Source: a virus
DNA length: 64,000 bases
Strand: one strand, 5' to 3'
IMG/VR virus record: IMGVR_UViG_3300022750_000001
Coordinates: 1-64,000 of that record
Each line of letters opens with the position of its first letter. Within the stretch, counting starts at the first letter, position 1. Made by a program: the position numbers and the translations under genes. Below the pieces are notes generated by a model, which had not been told where the DNA came from, ran no database searches, and saw only the letters and a list, made by a program, of their open reading frames with translations. Of this stretch, positions 18,701-30,900 are shown one piece after another.

Positions 18701-20471
18701 AGCTTATGCTAATGAGTTAATGGAAGGACTATATGTTGAGAGTGAAGTTAATGTTTCATTAAGACAGACAGAGGAACATGTTTGTGGTGAGTACTTTGCC
18801 TATAAGACTTCTATCTATGATTACTTTAGAAGTAGGTGGTTAATGTATAACATTGATACAAACAAGTATGAGCCTAAAGGTTTTGCTTGTCCTGAAACTT
18901 ATAACTATAACAAAGATTTTAGTAGAGAGAATACTCAAAACATATATGAGTCTTTACCATCTACCTATGATTGCTGTTCTAACTGTAAAGAGTCTCATCC
19001 TAATAGAGTACACTGGTCAGAAGAAAGCTTTCAAGAAGAGTTAACTGATAACTTTAGAGTATTCAAAGTTAATAACTATAGAGATATAGAAGCTGAACAT
19101 GGTAATATTACAGCTATCACTAAGAGAAACAATAACTTATTCATACTTACCTCTGAGGCTTTATGGTTACTACCACAGAACCAACAAGAGAGAGTTACTA
19201 GTGAGTTAATATCATTTATAGGTACGGGAGAATACTTCTCTATTAAGCCTAAGAAGATTATTGATGGTGATATAGGTTCAGCAGGTACTCAACATAAATG
19301 GACTGTACTTAATACTGATAATGGATTAATATATGTTAATCAATTACAGAATAAGATATATCTATTTGATAGAGAGTTACAAGAGATTTCTAAGGTAGGT
19401 ATCAAGTATTGGTTTAAGAATAACTTAGTAGACCACTTTGCTAATCAATATAGAGGTATTACTGGTAAGAACTTTCCTAATGTAGATAACCATGCCAATC
19501 CATTTGGTATTGGTATACATACTACATTTGATAGTTTCCACAATAGGTTGATTGTAACTAAAAGAGATTACTTATTACTAAGTGATTACATACTTAACTT
19601 TAAGATAGTTTCATCTGTAGGTGGTGTTATGCCTGATGACCTAACTCCAGGTCAACTAGTATTTGACTCTACTACTAATAAGTTTGTAGTCAGTAGAGGT
19701 ATACCTACTAACTTTGATTATGTAGATTTTAGTAATCAAGTATACTTTGAAGATAAATCTTGGACTAGAAGCTTCTGCTTAGAAGAGGGTGAGCAAGCTT
19801 GGATGGGATTACATAGTTATATACCTAACTTTTATTTGTATAACCATGATGACTTATATTCATTTGTAGCTAGAACTAATAAGGTATGGAAGCATAATAC
19901 TCCAAACAAGTATCAGCAGTTCTATGGTGTAACATATCCACATATCTATGAGTATGTAGACCAAAAGAATAAAGCTGAGACAGTAGTCACCGAAGATATA
20001 ACCTTTCAAACAATAGCTTCAAAACTAGATAGTGTAAGTAGAGAAGAAGTTGAGTTAAGGGATGTTACTTTCAACAAGATGATTGCCTATAATAACAGAC
20101 AGTCAACTGGTGAATTGTTGCTTTCTCCTAAAGGTGAAGGTGATGAGGATTACATGTTTGAGCAAACTAAAGATTTGGTAGGTATCATTACTGTTAACAG
20201 AGTAGAGAGAGATTGGAACCTTAATGATATTAGAGATAATGTTATCGACCCATCTAAACCTTTGTTCTTATCTAACTGGGGTGCTATCAAAACTGAGTTC
20301 CCTATAGACAAAGTACCTAATCAAGCAAACATTAACTTTCTTAAAGATTGGCTTGAACTTGAAAGTATGCGTGACAAATATTTAATTATACGATTAAAAT
20401 TTGATAACTTTACCGATGTTCAACTTACTACTAATTACTTATTAAGTACTCAACAAAACTCTGACAGATAA
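15702..20471 (+). CDS. large tail/nozzle-position virion protein with central Ala/Gly/Val-rich hydrophobic segment
   Basis: 1589 aa. Beta-propeller-like N-terminal pattern (...VVYFTDGNVSVKYFNL...). About 65 consecutive hydrophobic or small residues lie at aa ~903-969 (nt ~18409-18610). The position in the gene order resembles a podovirus nozzle gene. Confidence 0.4.
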   Translation: MDTNIEKPIKGEHSDFSPVDQPDGTFRMGLNLVKSTKDGRGNSISNENANDICGNFPEGYIPIGKVYMNNGRNVVWLCNLDETSNEIGVVDKDCNYTTIVSGKLGFTLNHQISATYRLRRGCEDVVYFTDGNVSVKYFNLNRLQDFYSQKYKTWLANPVGSFTGQRWDVNKFNLFPAYTVPCFSGMEVLTGGQIKSGTINFAIQYVDSNLNPTNFIYSSQLVPIYASSLSSSYSSIVGSSNVDVDPLAGTPPTNKSVKLTLSSLDNTYTFYRIAVIEATDKTGNPTRVLLSPNIPINRTEFTYDGNTSGYTEITLADLALGKSDIDTAEHIEQQENKLILASTKGKQVNYCGFQRFASKIRTNYIIREASASDVLDVGNPKSPHTYWEREGYMGGEVYPLGIVYVFNNGLESPVGHIPGRPLNRYWNPINNTVVVTADDTVITPWNKDVAFINSNPTNYNALPTTSKAKKFQVYETAVKLNTANDSIGAMGYHQNTGVFYENRTDCNENDYWGLDGYGQVLTGKPIRHHKFPTRGIEPHVKNGSLATGKTGLYATVALLEGQTFETTDSYTLSVTYELNGSPQTKDYVIDDENFPFNAVKIDEGDGGYDIFEIIDISGTATTETTKFTVTVEKQTINAGFTDTTIVRNLGIQFSNIQYPHPDIVGHYFVRGKRDDQNRTILDKGFAGQLKKVDIDGQRYNAFAYFNSFDDNEKETLSNYLFTPRVFFNKETLNGDYLRYEGEFPRTGVNVFSNEEDGAGSWTKEVNMKIEVRVHGYGGLNSVNSNQNYAVTKSIVLDGAAKDLTFNGPTSPLYNLSWTNRAHIVNTQSRLPISGKDHKDMYYVSYMVNRNVHPILDDIRYQRMHNCMYTLANTQRVFGGDTFISRWDIANSLYRKQKKGIFKSLLKLILVVGAAVATVITAGAGAPAIVAALGAVGVTASAIGVSAIIVATAILAGAIGVTSTAIEVLTNEINDGVLEQVTDDGEFNNASGNGIRFSSYVAYANELMEGLYVESEVNVSLRQTEEHVCGEYFAYKTSIYDYFRSRWLMYNIDTNKYEPKGFACPETYNYNKDFSRENTQNIYESLPSTYDCCSNCKESHPNRVHWSEESFQEELTDNFRVFKVNNYRDIEAEHGNITAITKRNNNLFILTSEALWLLPQNQQERVTSELISFIGTGEYFSIKPKKIIDGDIGSAGTQHKWTVLNTDNGLIYVNQLQNKIYLFDRELQEISKVGIKYWFKNNLVDHFANQYRGITGKNFPNVDNHANPFGIGIHTTFDSFHNRLIVTKRDYLLLSDYILNFKIVSSVGGVMPDDLTPGQLVFDSTTNKFVVSRGIPTNFDYVDFSNQVYFEDKSWTRSFCLEEGEQAWMGLHSYIPNFYLYNHDDLYSFVARTNKVWKHNTPNKYQQFYGVTYPHIYEYVDQKNKAETVVTEDITFQTIASKLDSVSREEVELRDVTFNKMIAYNNRQSTGELLLSPKGEGDEDYMFEQTKDLVGIITVNRVERDWNLNDIRDNVIDPSKPLFLSNWGAIKTEFPIDKVPNQANINFLKDWLELESMRDKYLIIRLKFDNFTDVQLTTNYLLSTQQNSDR

Positions 20472-22555
20472 TGAGAAAGAGAAAACAATTAGCTTTCGGT
20501 TCAGGTATAAACTCTATGGGTTTAGACTTTCTGATAGGTAATGCTTTCAGTGGTCTTGGTACTATACTTGGAGGAGCAGAGGATGTAAGTAATCCATTAG
20601 ATGCTATGTTTAATAAGATGGCATTTGGTGGTACAGTTGACCCACCAAAAAAGAAACTAACTGGTGATGGTAGTTGGCTTGGAGATAAGGGAGCAGAGTT
20701 ATTAAATTATCTTCAATCCCCTGAAACTGAAAATTCAATAAAGACTTTTAGAACTAAGGGTAAGGCTATAACAAAAGACTTAGTACAAATAGCTGACCCA
20801 ACAGGTATCTCTAACTATGGAGATACTTATGATGCTTTTGCTAACAATAAATCTTTTGATGAAAAGGCTTTGAACGTATTAGGCTCTATACCAATTATGG
20901 GTAAAGTACCAAAGGTAGGTAAAGTTATGTCTAATGCTTATAAGATTTCAGGTCATTTATTAACAAATATATTAGACTACGGTCAACTAGCTACAGATGT
21001 GACTGGCACTGGTAAAAAGAAGATGGCAAACGGAGGTATAGTAACTATGGAAAATCCACCAAAGAAGATAAAAAATAGATACCCATCTGTACCTAGTGGT
21101 TTAGATTGGATTCATCAAGATATAACTACACCTAAAGGTAATGTTATTACAGATAAAGACTATAGAGCATACAAAGATGCAGGTCTAGATTTTGGTAATA
21201 CCTTAGGTCTAGCTAATTATATTGAGAGTATGCCTGAGGGAGTACCTTTAAATACTAAAGGTATTGTTAAAACAGGTAGAGAGGGTATGACTTATGATTC
21301 ACCTGATTACAATATACCTAAGAAGAGATTAGCTAATGGTGGTACAATAGGTTCAACTGCTGTTGAAGTAGAAGACCAAGAAGTTGCTGAAACTCCACTA
21401 GGAGATATTATGCAATTCCAAGGTAACACACATGAGGAAGGTGGTATAGATGTTGACTTACCTAATGGTACTAAGGTATTCTCTGATAGAATTTCTATTG
21501 ATGGAAAGACTATGCAAGAGAGAAAACTTAAACGTGAGAAGAGTCTTAAGAAATTTACTAAAGCATTTGAAGCTAACCCTACTGATATAGTAGCTAAGAA
21601 CTCTCATGATAGAACTAAGATAGGACTAGACTTAGAAGAACAACATGACTTGGCAATACAAGAGATTGCTAATAGGAGTGTACAACCTAAAAAGTTTGCA
21701 TTAGGTGGTGAAGTTGGTACAGACCCTTGGGAAGATATACTTAAAGGTATCATACCTAGTTTTACTAGTAACCCAATACAAGCACCTTTTAATATAGGTC
21801 AACTGGTTAATCCTGATAATGGTGAAACCCCTACAGCTAGTCCAATGTTAACAAAAGCGGGACTTTCAGTTGGTACTCCACCTGCACCATTAGCAACTCC
21901 TAATGCAGATGTAGATGCATCAGGTATGACAGAAGGAGATTCTCTAGGGATGTTTGGAAATGCATTTAGTGCAATCACCCCATTACTCTCTACTTTAGGA
22001 AGCAGCCTCTCAGATACTCCGAATATTAATGCATTCCAAAACTTTGGTGAGGATGCTTTAATAGCAAATACAAATGCTAAAGGACAGCTTGCTGCAATTA
22101 AAACTGCACAAGACCAAAAGCTACAATTAAGTAGAACAGGTGCTAGAAATAGAAACAGAAATTCGGCAGGTAGTGTTAATACACTTAGGGCTTTGGATGC
22201 TGTAACTGATTTAAGTGGAGACTTAGCTAGTAATGATATAGCATCTAGTATAGCTCAACAAATGGTTGGATTATTTAATACTCAATCACAGTTAGAGAAC
22301 CAACAAGATATGTATCAGATGCAGGGTGAGCAACAAAGAGATGTTGCTGATAGACAAGACAAAGGTAACTTTGATACTATGCTAGGACAATCACTAGCTG
22401 ATATAGGTACAGGTATATCTAAGACAGGTAAAGATTTAAACACTACTCAAGCTAATCAAGACTTAATTGATATTATGGCAGATATGTCAACTAATGGTAT
22501 CACCTATGTTAGAGATGCTAAGACAGGTAGACTTAAACAAAAGAAAGTTAAATAA
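20471..22555 (+). CDS. internal virion (ejection-type) protein with repeated basic-x-[AFL]-x-GG motif
   Basis: 694 aa. Four copies of the motif: KMAFGG, KKKMANGG, KKRLANGG and KKFALGG. The C-terminal third is Gln/Asn-rich and helical. TAATG-coupled on both sides. Confidence 0.45.
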   Translation: MRKRKQLAFGSGINSMGLDFLIGNAFSGLGTILGGAEDVSNPLDAMFNKMAFGGTVDPPKKKLTGDGSWLGDKGAELLNYLQSPETENSIKTFRTKGKAITKDLVQIADPTGISNYGDTYDAFANNKSFDEKALNVLGSIPIMGKVPKVGKVMSNAYKISGHLLTNILDYGQLATDVTGTGKKKMANGGIVTMENPPKKIKNRYPSVPSGLDWIHQDITTPKGNVITDKDYRAYKDAGLDFGNTLGLANYIESMPEGVPLNTKGIVKTGREGMTYDSPDYNIPKKRLANGGTIGSTAVEVEDQEVAETPLGDIMQFQGNTHEEGGIDVDLPNGTKVFSDRISIDGKTMQERKLKREKSLKKFTKAFEANPTDIVAKNSHDRTKIGLDLEEQHDLAIQEIANRSVQPKKFALGGEVGTDPWEDILKGIIPSFTSNPIQAPFNIGQLVNPDNGETPTASPMLTKAGLSVGTPPAPLATPNADVDASGMTEGDSLGMFGNAFSAITPLLSTLGSSLSDTPNINAFQNFGEDALIANTNAKGQLAAIKTAQDQKLQLSRTGARNRNRNSAGSVNTLRALDAVTDLSGDLASNDIASSIAQQMVGLFNTQSQLENQQDMYQMQGEQQRDVADRQDKGNFDTMLGQSLADIGTGISKTGKDLNTTQANQDLIDIMADMSTNGITYVRDAKTGRLKQKKVK

Positions 22556-24897
22556 TGGCTAACAGATTTTATAAAGCACCTACATACAATCCTGTGGATT
22601 ATATGTACAACTTACCTGCTGCGCAGATGATGAAAGCTATTGCTGTCACTGATGCTGCTGTAGATAATGCTGTTCAACAAACAGACTTGTTCGGGAATGC
22701 TGTAAGTAAGATTAACCATTTAACATCTGATAATGAAAGAGTCTTACAGATACAAGACACTTACAATAAAAGAATACAAGATACAGCTAAAGCTTTGCAG
22801 GCAGACCCCACTAATTACAGAAAGCAAATGCCATTAATCAGAAGCCTAGGTAGAGAGATTTCTACTGATATGGCTACTGGAGAGATTGCTGCTATACAAG
22901 CTAATGCAGCAAAGCTTAATCAATGGGACACTATGTATGCACCTCTTGTAGCTAAAGGAGAGATTACTCCTGATGCTTATAGGAAGATGAAAACAGCTTT
23001 TGTTAAAAACTATCAAGGGGCTAACTTTGATGCTAAGACTGGTAATTACAATCAGTTGTATACAGAAGATGTATATAAGACACAGGACTTTAATAAATTA
23101 CTTAAAGATAAAGTAGGTGACATCAAAGCTAACTCTAAGGAAACTAAGAATACAGGTAATGGTGGTCAATGGTTAGTTACTAACAATGATAAAGATGAGT
23201 GGGTAGATGCTAGAAGAGTTGCTCAAATAGCTACTGATGCTTTACTTGGTGACGAGAATGTTAAAGGTTATCTGAGACAAGGTGGTAAGTATGGTTATCT
23301 TCAAGGAGTTAATGATGAGAATGGTAATTTTATACCTCCATACCAATTAGATAAAGCAGGTCAACCTGTATTTGATATGAGGTCTCCACTATCAGGTGCT
23401 ATTAGAGCAATGGTAGGTACTGAGGCTTTTAGAAAAAGTTCTACTGAACATGATATAGCTGTTAATCCTTATGCTATGGAAGCAGTAAACTTCTCTCATG
23501 ATTTACAAAAGATTGCAATCAATAACCAAAACGATAGAGATAATTTTAACTATGAAGAAGGTATCAAACAAGCCAATGCAAAAGAACTCGCAACACTTAA
23601 AGCTTCCTTGGCGGAGAAGAAACTTGACAAGGTTGCTGAAACCAAAGCAAAACTAGATGCTAAAGCTAATGCACCTAAAGTAGGTAATGCTAGTAATCCA
23701 GTTACTAGCCCACTTAAAGATACAGAAGGATTCGAGTTTACTTGGACTCCTAAGGGTACTGATGGTAAAATTAGTAATGAAGGATTACTTAATGATATAG
23801 CTGCTGAAAGGTCTACTGCACTTAAGAATAGAAACTTAGCTAATGATGAGAGATTATCTACAGATGAGCGTAGTATGTATATGTCTCAAGCTATAGCATC
23901 TGAGAAAGCATCTGCACAAAAAGCAGCCTTAGCTTATCAAGCTAGACAGTCTGTTAATGGTAAACTTATAGCTGATGGTTTTGATAGTGATGATTTAAAA
24001 CAATTACCTAACATTAATAAAAAGGTAAGAGATTTAAAAGCACAGATTAGTGCTTTAGACTTAAACAAGAACATAGCTATATCATCAGGTGGTACTGGTG
24101 GTAGAGGACCTTCTTACAATCCTGCTAATGATGCACAGATTAAACCTTTAGTTAATAAGCTTAAGTATTTAGAGAAGATAGCTAATGCTGATAGTAAACA
24201 CATGGAAAGTTGGTTTAAAGATAATCAAGATAAGACTAGCTTTAAAGTTAAGGGAGCAGGTGTTGATGTTAAACAACAGAAGCTAGTAATGGATGAGATT
24301 AAAAAGAATCCTGAATTATATAAACCTTTAGACCTACTTGGGGGTAAGACTCCTAAAGTTAATTGGGGTGAAGCTTTAGGTGATGTTGAAATCTCAACTA
24401 TCAATCCACCTATGAGTGGAATACCTGCATCCATTACAGTTAAACAAAAGACTACAGGAGAGTTATATGTAGTACCTATTACAGGTAACTTACAGAAAAC
24501 ACTAGCTACTCAATTAGCTAACTCTAAGAATCCTGAGAAATCAAGAGTAGGTAGATTAATTAAAGATAGTGCTATCTCTCAAGCTATAGCTGAAGTTGAT
24601 GATAGAATAATTAACTTTGAAGCACAAGGTGGACAACCACAAGGTTATACTCAACTACCTGAGGTCACACTTAATAATGGAGCAAGGTTTGCACCACAGT
24701 TGATTATTACACCATCTAAGAACTTAGCTAATACTGCAAGTGGTAACTTAGGTGTATACAATGCTAAGATTACAACACCTAATGGTGGAACAGTGGTAGT
24801 TCCTAACTCAGCTAATACTAAAGATGCAACAGGTAACTTTGCAAGTGTAGAAGATGCAGTTAGAAATGCCTTTAAAACATTTGAAGTTCAACCATAA
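22555..24897 (+). CDS. internal virion protein (coiled-coil rich)
   Basis: 780 aa with Lys/Ala/Asn-rich helical segments. The assignment is positional only. Confidence 0.4.
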   Translation: MANRFYKAPTYNPVDYMYNLPAAQMMKAIAVTDAAVDNAVQQTDLFGNAVSKINHLTSDNERVLQIQDTYNKRIQDTAKALQADPTNYRKQMPLIRSLGREISTDMATGEIAAIQANAAKLNQWDTMYAPLVAKGEITPDAYRKMKTAFVKNYQGANFDAKTGNYNQLYTEDVYKTQDFNKLLKDKVGDIKANSKETKNTGNGGQWLVTNNDKDEWVDARRVAQIATDALLGDENVKGYLRQGGKYGYLQGVNDENGNFIPPYQLDKAGQPVFDMRSPLSGAIRAMVGTEAFRKSSTEHDIAVNPYAMEAVNFSHDLQKIAINNQNDRDNFNYEEGIKQANAKELATLKASLAEKKLDKVAETKAKLDAKANAPKVGNASNPVTSPLKDTEGFEFTWTPKGTDGKISNEGLLNDIAAERSTALKNRNLANDERLSTDERSMYMSQAIASEKASAQKAALAYQARQSVNGKLIADGFDSDDLKQLPNINKKVRDLKAQISALDLNKNIAISSGGTGGRGPSYNPANDAQIKPLVNKLKYLEKIANADSKHMESWFKDNQDKTSFKVKGAGVDVKQQKLVMDEIKKNPELYKPLDLLGGKTPKVNWGEALGDVEISTINPPMSGIPASITVKQKTTGELYVVPITGNLQKTLATQLANSKNPEKSRVGRLIKDSAISQAIAEVDDRIINFEAQGGQPQGYTQLPEVTLNNGARFAPQLIITPSKNLANTASGNLGVYNAKITTPNGGTVVVPNSANTKDATGNFASVEDAVRNAFKTFEVQP

Positions 24898-24946
24898 TAA
24901 CTAACAAAAATTGAGGTATTTACATAAAATACTTTAATTTTGTTAA

Positions 24947-27900
24947 ATGGGAAAACAACACATCTTAGATTTACTAGAGGGAGATAATACTCCCCCTAGT
25001 AATCCTCTTAAGCCAATCTCACAGGCTAATCCTTACGGTTCAAAACAATTTCTTGACTCACAGAAAGTAGGCAGTTCTGTAGCTGAAGCACGTTCAGGCA
25101 AAAAAGCTAAGGACTATATTGCATACATACCCCAAGTAGATATTGATAATCCTAATCTAGATGCTATTAGAGCAACTAACCAAACAGGTGCAGAGCAGTT
25201 TGGTAATAGTCTTGCACAATTTGGTACAGGAGTAGCAGGAGGGTTTATTACTTCTTTAGGAACAAGCTTGGATATTGACCAATCTATAGGGACTATTAAA
25301 GGTGTTCAACAAGAGTTTGGTAATGCTGTAACAGAGTTTGGTAAGACTCTTATGGAGAATGCCAAAGAAGATAATCCCATATATCAAACAGAACAAGGTG
25401 AGGTTAACCCAGGAGATAGTGGATGGTGGGCACAGATGTTTGCTGATACAGGTTTATCAGCAGGTATTATGGCTTACTCTGCATTAGAGACTATAGCTAT
25501 AGGTGCTGCAACAGCAGGTATAGGTGAAGCTGCTGAGGCTGCTTTGATGTCTAAAAGAGTACAAACATTCAAGAATATGTTAGGTGGTATTACCGAATCA
25601 GGTAACCTAGCATCTAAGATGAGAAGAAATGCTACAGCCTTTGGTGTCTTCAATAGACACAATGAGGGTATGATGGAAGCTGCTGATTCATTTGAAACTA
25701 CATATAAAGATTTATTAGATAAGAAAGTTCCTGAGGAACAAGCTAAAGAAGCTGCTGCTAAGGCGGCACAAGATACCTATCTTGGTAATTTACCATTAAT
25801 GGCTTTAGACATACTACAGTTTAGAGCAATGACATTCAACCCTATATCAGGTGGTGCTAATGGTGGTATAGTTGAAAGTGTATTAAGTGGGATTAAGAAT
25901 CCTAAAGTTGCACAAGGTATTGGTCACACTTTTGGTATGCTATCAGAAGGTGGTGAGGAATATTGGCAAGCTTTAGTACAAGATGAATCTAAACACAGTG
26001 CTGATGTATTAGCAGGTAGAGATGATAAATCTAGTTTTGGTGAGAGATTCTCAGAGTTCAATAGAAAAGGTGATACTTGGAATGCAACTATCTCAGGTAT
26101 CTTTGGTGGTGCAATCTTAGGTGGTATATCTCATGGTATAGGTAAAGCTACTGAAAGTAGAAACACTAAAGAATTAAACAAGAATTATGATGACTTCATT
26201 AAATCTTCTACAGGTATTGGAGTAGAAATGGCTGATGACATCAGAGCCGCTGAAGAAACTGGTGATGAGGTTCATGCTAATAATCTAAGAAGAAAGATGG
26301 GTGTTACTAAAGCACTGCAAGCTGTACACTTAGATAATATGAAGGATGATAGTAAAGCCTTTGATTCTTATACTGGTTATTTGAATGATGTTCTTGGTGC
26401 TGTACAATCTAATGATACTGATTTCCTTAAAGAGAATGGTCTTGAAGGTAGTGAAGACTTTATAGCTAGTAATTTCCCTAGCTTTATAGCTGATGCTAGA
26501 GAGATACAATCTATCTATGATACAGTTAAAGTGAATAATGCAAGAGAGGCTGTACCTAATATAGTGTTCAGACAGTATGCTTTAAACAATCTTAATAATG
26601 AGAAGGTTTCTGTTGACCAAAAGATAGGAGACTTACAAGCACAGATGCCTGACTTAAGTAATATCTCAAATCCAGGCAAGGAGATTAATGACTTACAAGT
26701 ATTCCAATCATTAGCCAATTCAAAATTAAAGTTTCTTAATTCTCAACTTAAAAGTGAAAAACTTACTCAAGTTCAGAAAGATGGATTAACTGCACAAGTT
26801 GAAGACCTAAATGCTAGACTTACTGAAGCTGAGGAACAATTAGCTATACAAAAAGAGATAGCTAGTAACTTGTCCCCTAGACAACAGATACTAGATAATG
26901 AAGTTCTTAAGTCTGTTAACCTTAATGCTCAACTTAAAAAGTTAACAGCACAGAAGATTGATATTGAGTCTGAGATTACTAAGACTAGAAAAGAGATGAA
27001 TACTTGGTCTGACCCTGTATTCCAAAAGAAGAATGCACAAGAAAGATTATATCAAGTAATAGAAGATGTAGATAATCTATCTGACTTAAATAACTTTGAG
27101 GCTAGTACTATACAACAAGGTCTAGCTACTGATGATATTAATAGAAGAATACAAGCTAAGAGAAAAGAACTTAATGCTCAAGATGAAGCTACTAGATTAA
27201 AGAATACTCCATCAGTAACAGCTACACCCCAAGCAGGTACAGCACCTATTAATAATATCTTAGGTGCTACAACTGAAGTAGAGGAAGAAGAACAGCCTGC
27301 TGCGGGTACAGGTTTATTTGGTAATGTATTACCTGCTGATGAAGAACCTGCTAATGCACCTGTAGTTAAACCTACAATTAATCCAATTAGGTCTCAGTTA
27401 GGTGCTACTATAGTATCTAATGATGTAGCTGATTTATTTGGTAGTCCTATTGCAGAAACAGACCCTAGGAAGAAAGCTTTATCAGAGTTACCTTATAGTA
27501 TGACTGAGGATGCAGTTATGGTAGATAATATTCCTAGATTGAAATCTGATGTAGATAGAATAAATGCAGAGTTTGATGCTAAGGAAGTAAAACCATTAGA
27601 TAACTCAGAAGTGTCATCTAAGGCTACTGTAGTTGAAGATGAGGGCTTCTCATGGTTTGACCCTTCAGTACTTAATGATAACTTATCAGATGAACAAAAG
27701 GAAAATGTAAGACAGAAAATATCTGACTACTATACTTCTATGGCAGCAGAGTTAGGTAGAAAGCCTAGCTTCAAAGAGTTAGTAGAAGACTTAATGTTAC
27801 ATACATCTCCTGAGCAAGTAGAGAAACAATTTAATGCAATTAGATTAGGATGGGAGTTAAATAACTATGCGAACACTAATTTCAATCAAGTATATAATGA

Positions 27901-30900
27901 ACTCTTTGGCACACGTAAGTCAAAGGCTAAAGACTTCTTTGATTACATCGAAGAAAGTAAAATAACAGAACAAGAACTTAAAGAAGAACAACAAGTTCTT
28001 ACTGAGAAAATAGAACAAGAGCAAGCTGCTCCATTACAAATTGAGGAAACTGAAACAGGTCAGAAAGTTTATAAGCACTTACAACCATTTAAAACTGTCG
28101 AGAGTACTTTAAAGTTCGCTCACCTGTCAGTTCCTTATGAAAGATTCTTTAACGAGAATGAGCAAGGTGAGATTGAGATAGACTACAGATATACTTCTGA
28201 TAGTTTAAACCAAGGTCAGTATGTAGATAGCAAGGAGTTAATGAATCCTAATCTATATCAGCCTGGGACTAAGCTAGATGTTAAAGTACCTACTGAATCA
28301 AATGATATGTTAGTTGCTCAATGGTCTGAGGACTATGAGAAGAGAGACTCTATATCATTTAGTAAGTGGGCTGTAGGTAAAGATAAAAACTCAGATGAGT
28401 ATGTAGGTAAAGTGCCTATGATTATATATAACTCTGAAGGTAAAGGTGTAGCTTTTGTACATGATGTTGATTGGTATAACCCAACCAATGTAGGTTATGG
28501 TGAAAAACCTGGACAGCAAAAACAACTTATTGAGCAATCAAGAAAAGAGTTGTTAGAGTTTAGAAGAGGTGTATTAGAGAATGGTTCTAGTTCAATTACA
28601 GTTACAGAGAAGAGACCTGGGACTATGATTACTATTCCTATGAATCAGCCTACTATAACTGTAGCACAAGCTAACCCTCAAGCATTACTTGGTTATACTA
28701 ACTCTAATGGTAACTTAGTTACTAATGAGGGTATAATTAACTTTGAAGACTTAGTTAATGCTCAAGACTTAAGTATAGGTCATAGATATGATGCTAGACA
28801 AGTAGGTTTAGTTGATGGTAGAAAACAATATGTAGCTTCTAAAGTTATGTATGAATACATAGATGGTGAAGCTAAGTCTAGTATTGTTATGGCTATCAAG
28901 ACTTATATGGCTCAACTAGATACCAAAGAAGAGTTTGCTAAGGCTTCTGAGATTAAAGTTATAAGAGATAGTATCAAAAACCAAACTAATTTAGATTTAT
29001 TTGACCAAGCTGACTTACAAACTTATCTAGGTAACTTCATCCAAGTATTCAATTCAAATGCTAAGACTAACAAAGGTATAGCTGATGATATAAACTCAAG
29101 AGAGGGTGTGCCTGATGGTACTCCATTCTTATCTATATCAGAAGGTAGAGTTGTTATGGGTCTGAAAAATGGTAAGCTTAATCCTAAGGATGAAAGTAAT
29201 GGCTTTGCTTTGTATTTACACCCTCAAAACTTAACTAAGAGTAATAGTGCATTGTTAGCTAACATAGCTGCTACTAACTTAGCTAGAATATTCAGAGGAC
29301 AGAGTATAGGTAATGGTCAGTTTGTTGATGACTACTTAGGTAAGATGAAACAGAACATGACCTCTAAGCAATTAGAAACTAATCCTAATGTAGCTACTAT
29401 TGGTTTAGATAACAAGGTAACTCCTGTTGGAGATTATAGTACATACTTAAAAGGTAAGCTTAAGACTAATGTTAAGTCATTTGATTTAGGTGATGGAAAC
29501 TATGCCACATTTGTACAACCTGTAATTCACTACAGTTATTCGGGTCAATCTACTTCTTTAGGGAACAACATCGAAACTGAGCCTAGTCCTAGGGAAGTTG
29601 CAAAAGAAATTGCAAAGTCTATTACTAAAAACATAGATACAACTGCATCTACTATTGCTGCTATCCAAGCAGATATGGAAAACTTTGAGAACTTAGGTTT
29701 AACTCCTGAGGCTATGCAAGCTTTAAGAGAACTAGGTGGTGCTAAGTTTGACCCTGACTATGCTAAGTTAACTGATGATATAGTACAATCTATTAAAGTT
29801 AAATTAACTAAGGTAGAAGACTTAAATATTGTAGATAGGAATACAGTAGTTCAATTCATTGCTAATGAAGTAATGAATAAGATTGACCCAGTTAAAAGAA
29901 CTACATTAAATAAGAAAGATTTAGAAGCTGACATTAGAAAAACTTTTGGTGATATTATTTCCCCTAAAGTAGCAGTAGTAGATAGACAGCTTGCCAACCT
30001 TAATAAGTTATATGAAACTGGTAACTATCCTGCCCTAAAAGAGGTGATAGACCAATTCAATAACCTAAGAGGCAATGCAGAAGTATTAAAGAAAAACTGG
30101 AATTTCTTAATCAATGAAGCTTTTGAAGACTACATTAGTAAGTTCACTGGTATATCTATTACTATGTCAAGAGACCAAAAGACTGTTGATATAGAGGTTA
30201 AAGATGAAGAGGAGGTAGCTGAGATTAATGAACAAGAAGATGGTCAAGATACTGATGAGGCTATAGTAATAGATGCTGCTGACCAAAGAGAAAAAGACTA
30301 TACTCGTGAATCTGTTGAAGATAACGGTAAACAGTCTGCATCTTACTTACTTAAAAGATTCTTATCTCAAATACCTAACTATGATACTAATGGTAGTACT
30401 AAGAAGGGTTACATGGGATTAACTACATACCCAGGCTTTGATTACTACTATACTCTTATAGGTTCTATCTTATCATCACCTAATCAAGTAGACTCTAACT
30501 TTGATGCAATGATGGATAGATTAGAACAACATGCTGAGACTAAGAGATGGGTTAAAGATGTTGTTGATAAGATGAAAGCTTCTGATGAACAGATGAAGAA
30601 TACTTTCATGTATAACTTTAACAGAGAGACTTTATCTATGAAGTTTGTTATGACCTCATTCAATAAGAAGACAGAGTCTTATAAACTTAAAGTATATGAT
30701 ACTAATGCTAATGAAGTACTAAGAGTTATTCAATCTCAATGGAGAGAGAACTTTAAACAATCACCTTTAGTTATGGTTAATGGTGATAACTATGGTATAA
30801 ATAAGGTAACTGCTCAAGAGATGTTAGACCAATTTAACAACTGGGTTACATCCAAACAACTACCTGCTGAGGTAGAAGCACAAAAATGGTTAGAGAAGTT

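Noticed and set aside
24935-24942. Bacteroidota-type -7 promoter box TAnnTTTG (TAATTTTG) upstream of the giant gene, and a similar TATATTTG on the minus strand at 61742-61749.
   Set aside because: Both lie only 1-5 nt from the ATG, so a transcript starting about 7 nt downstream would begin inside the gene. No convincing -33 TTTG partner was seen. No promoters were called.
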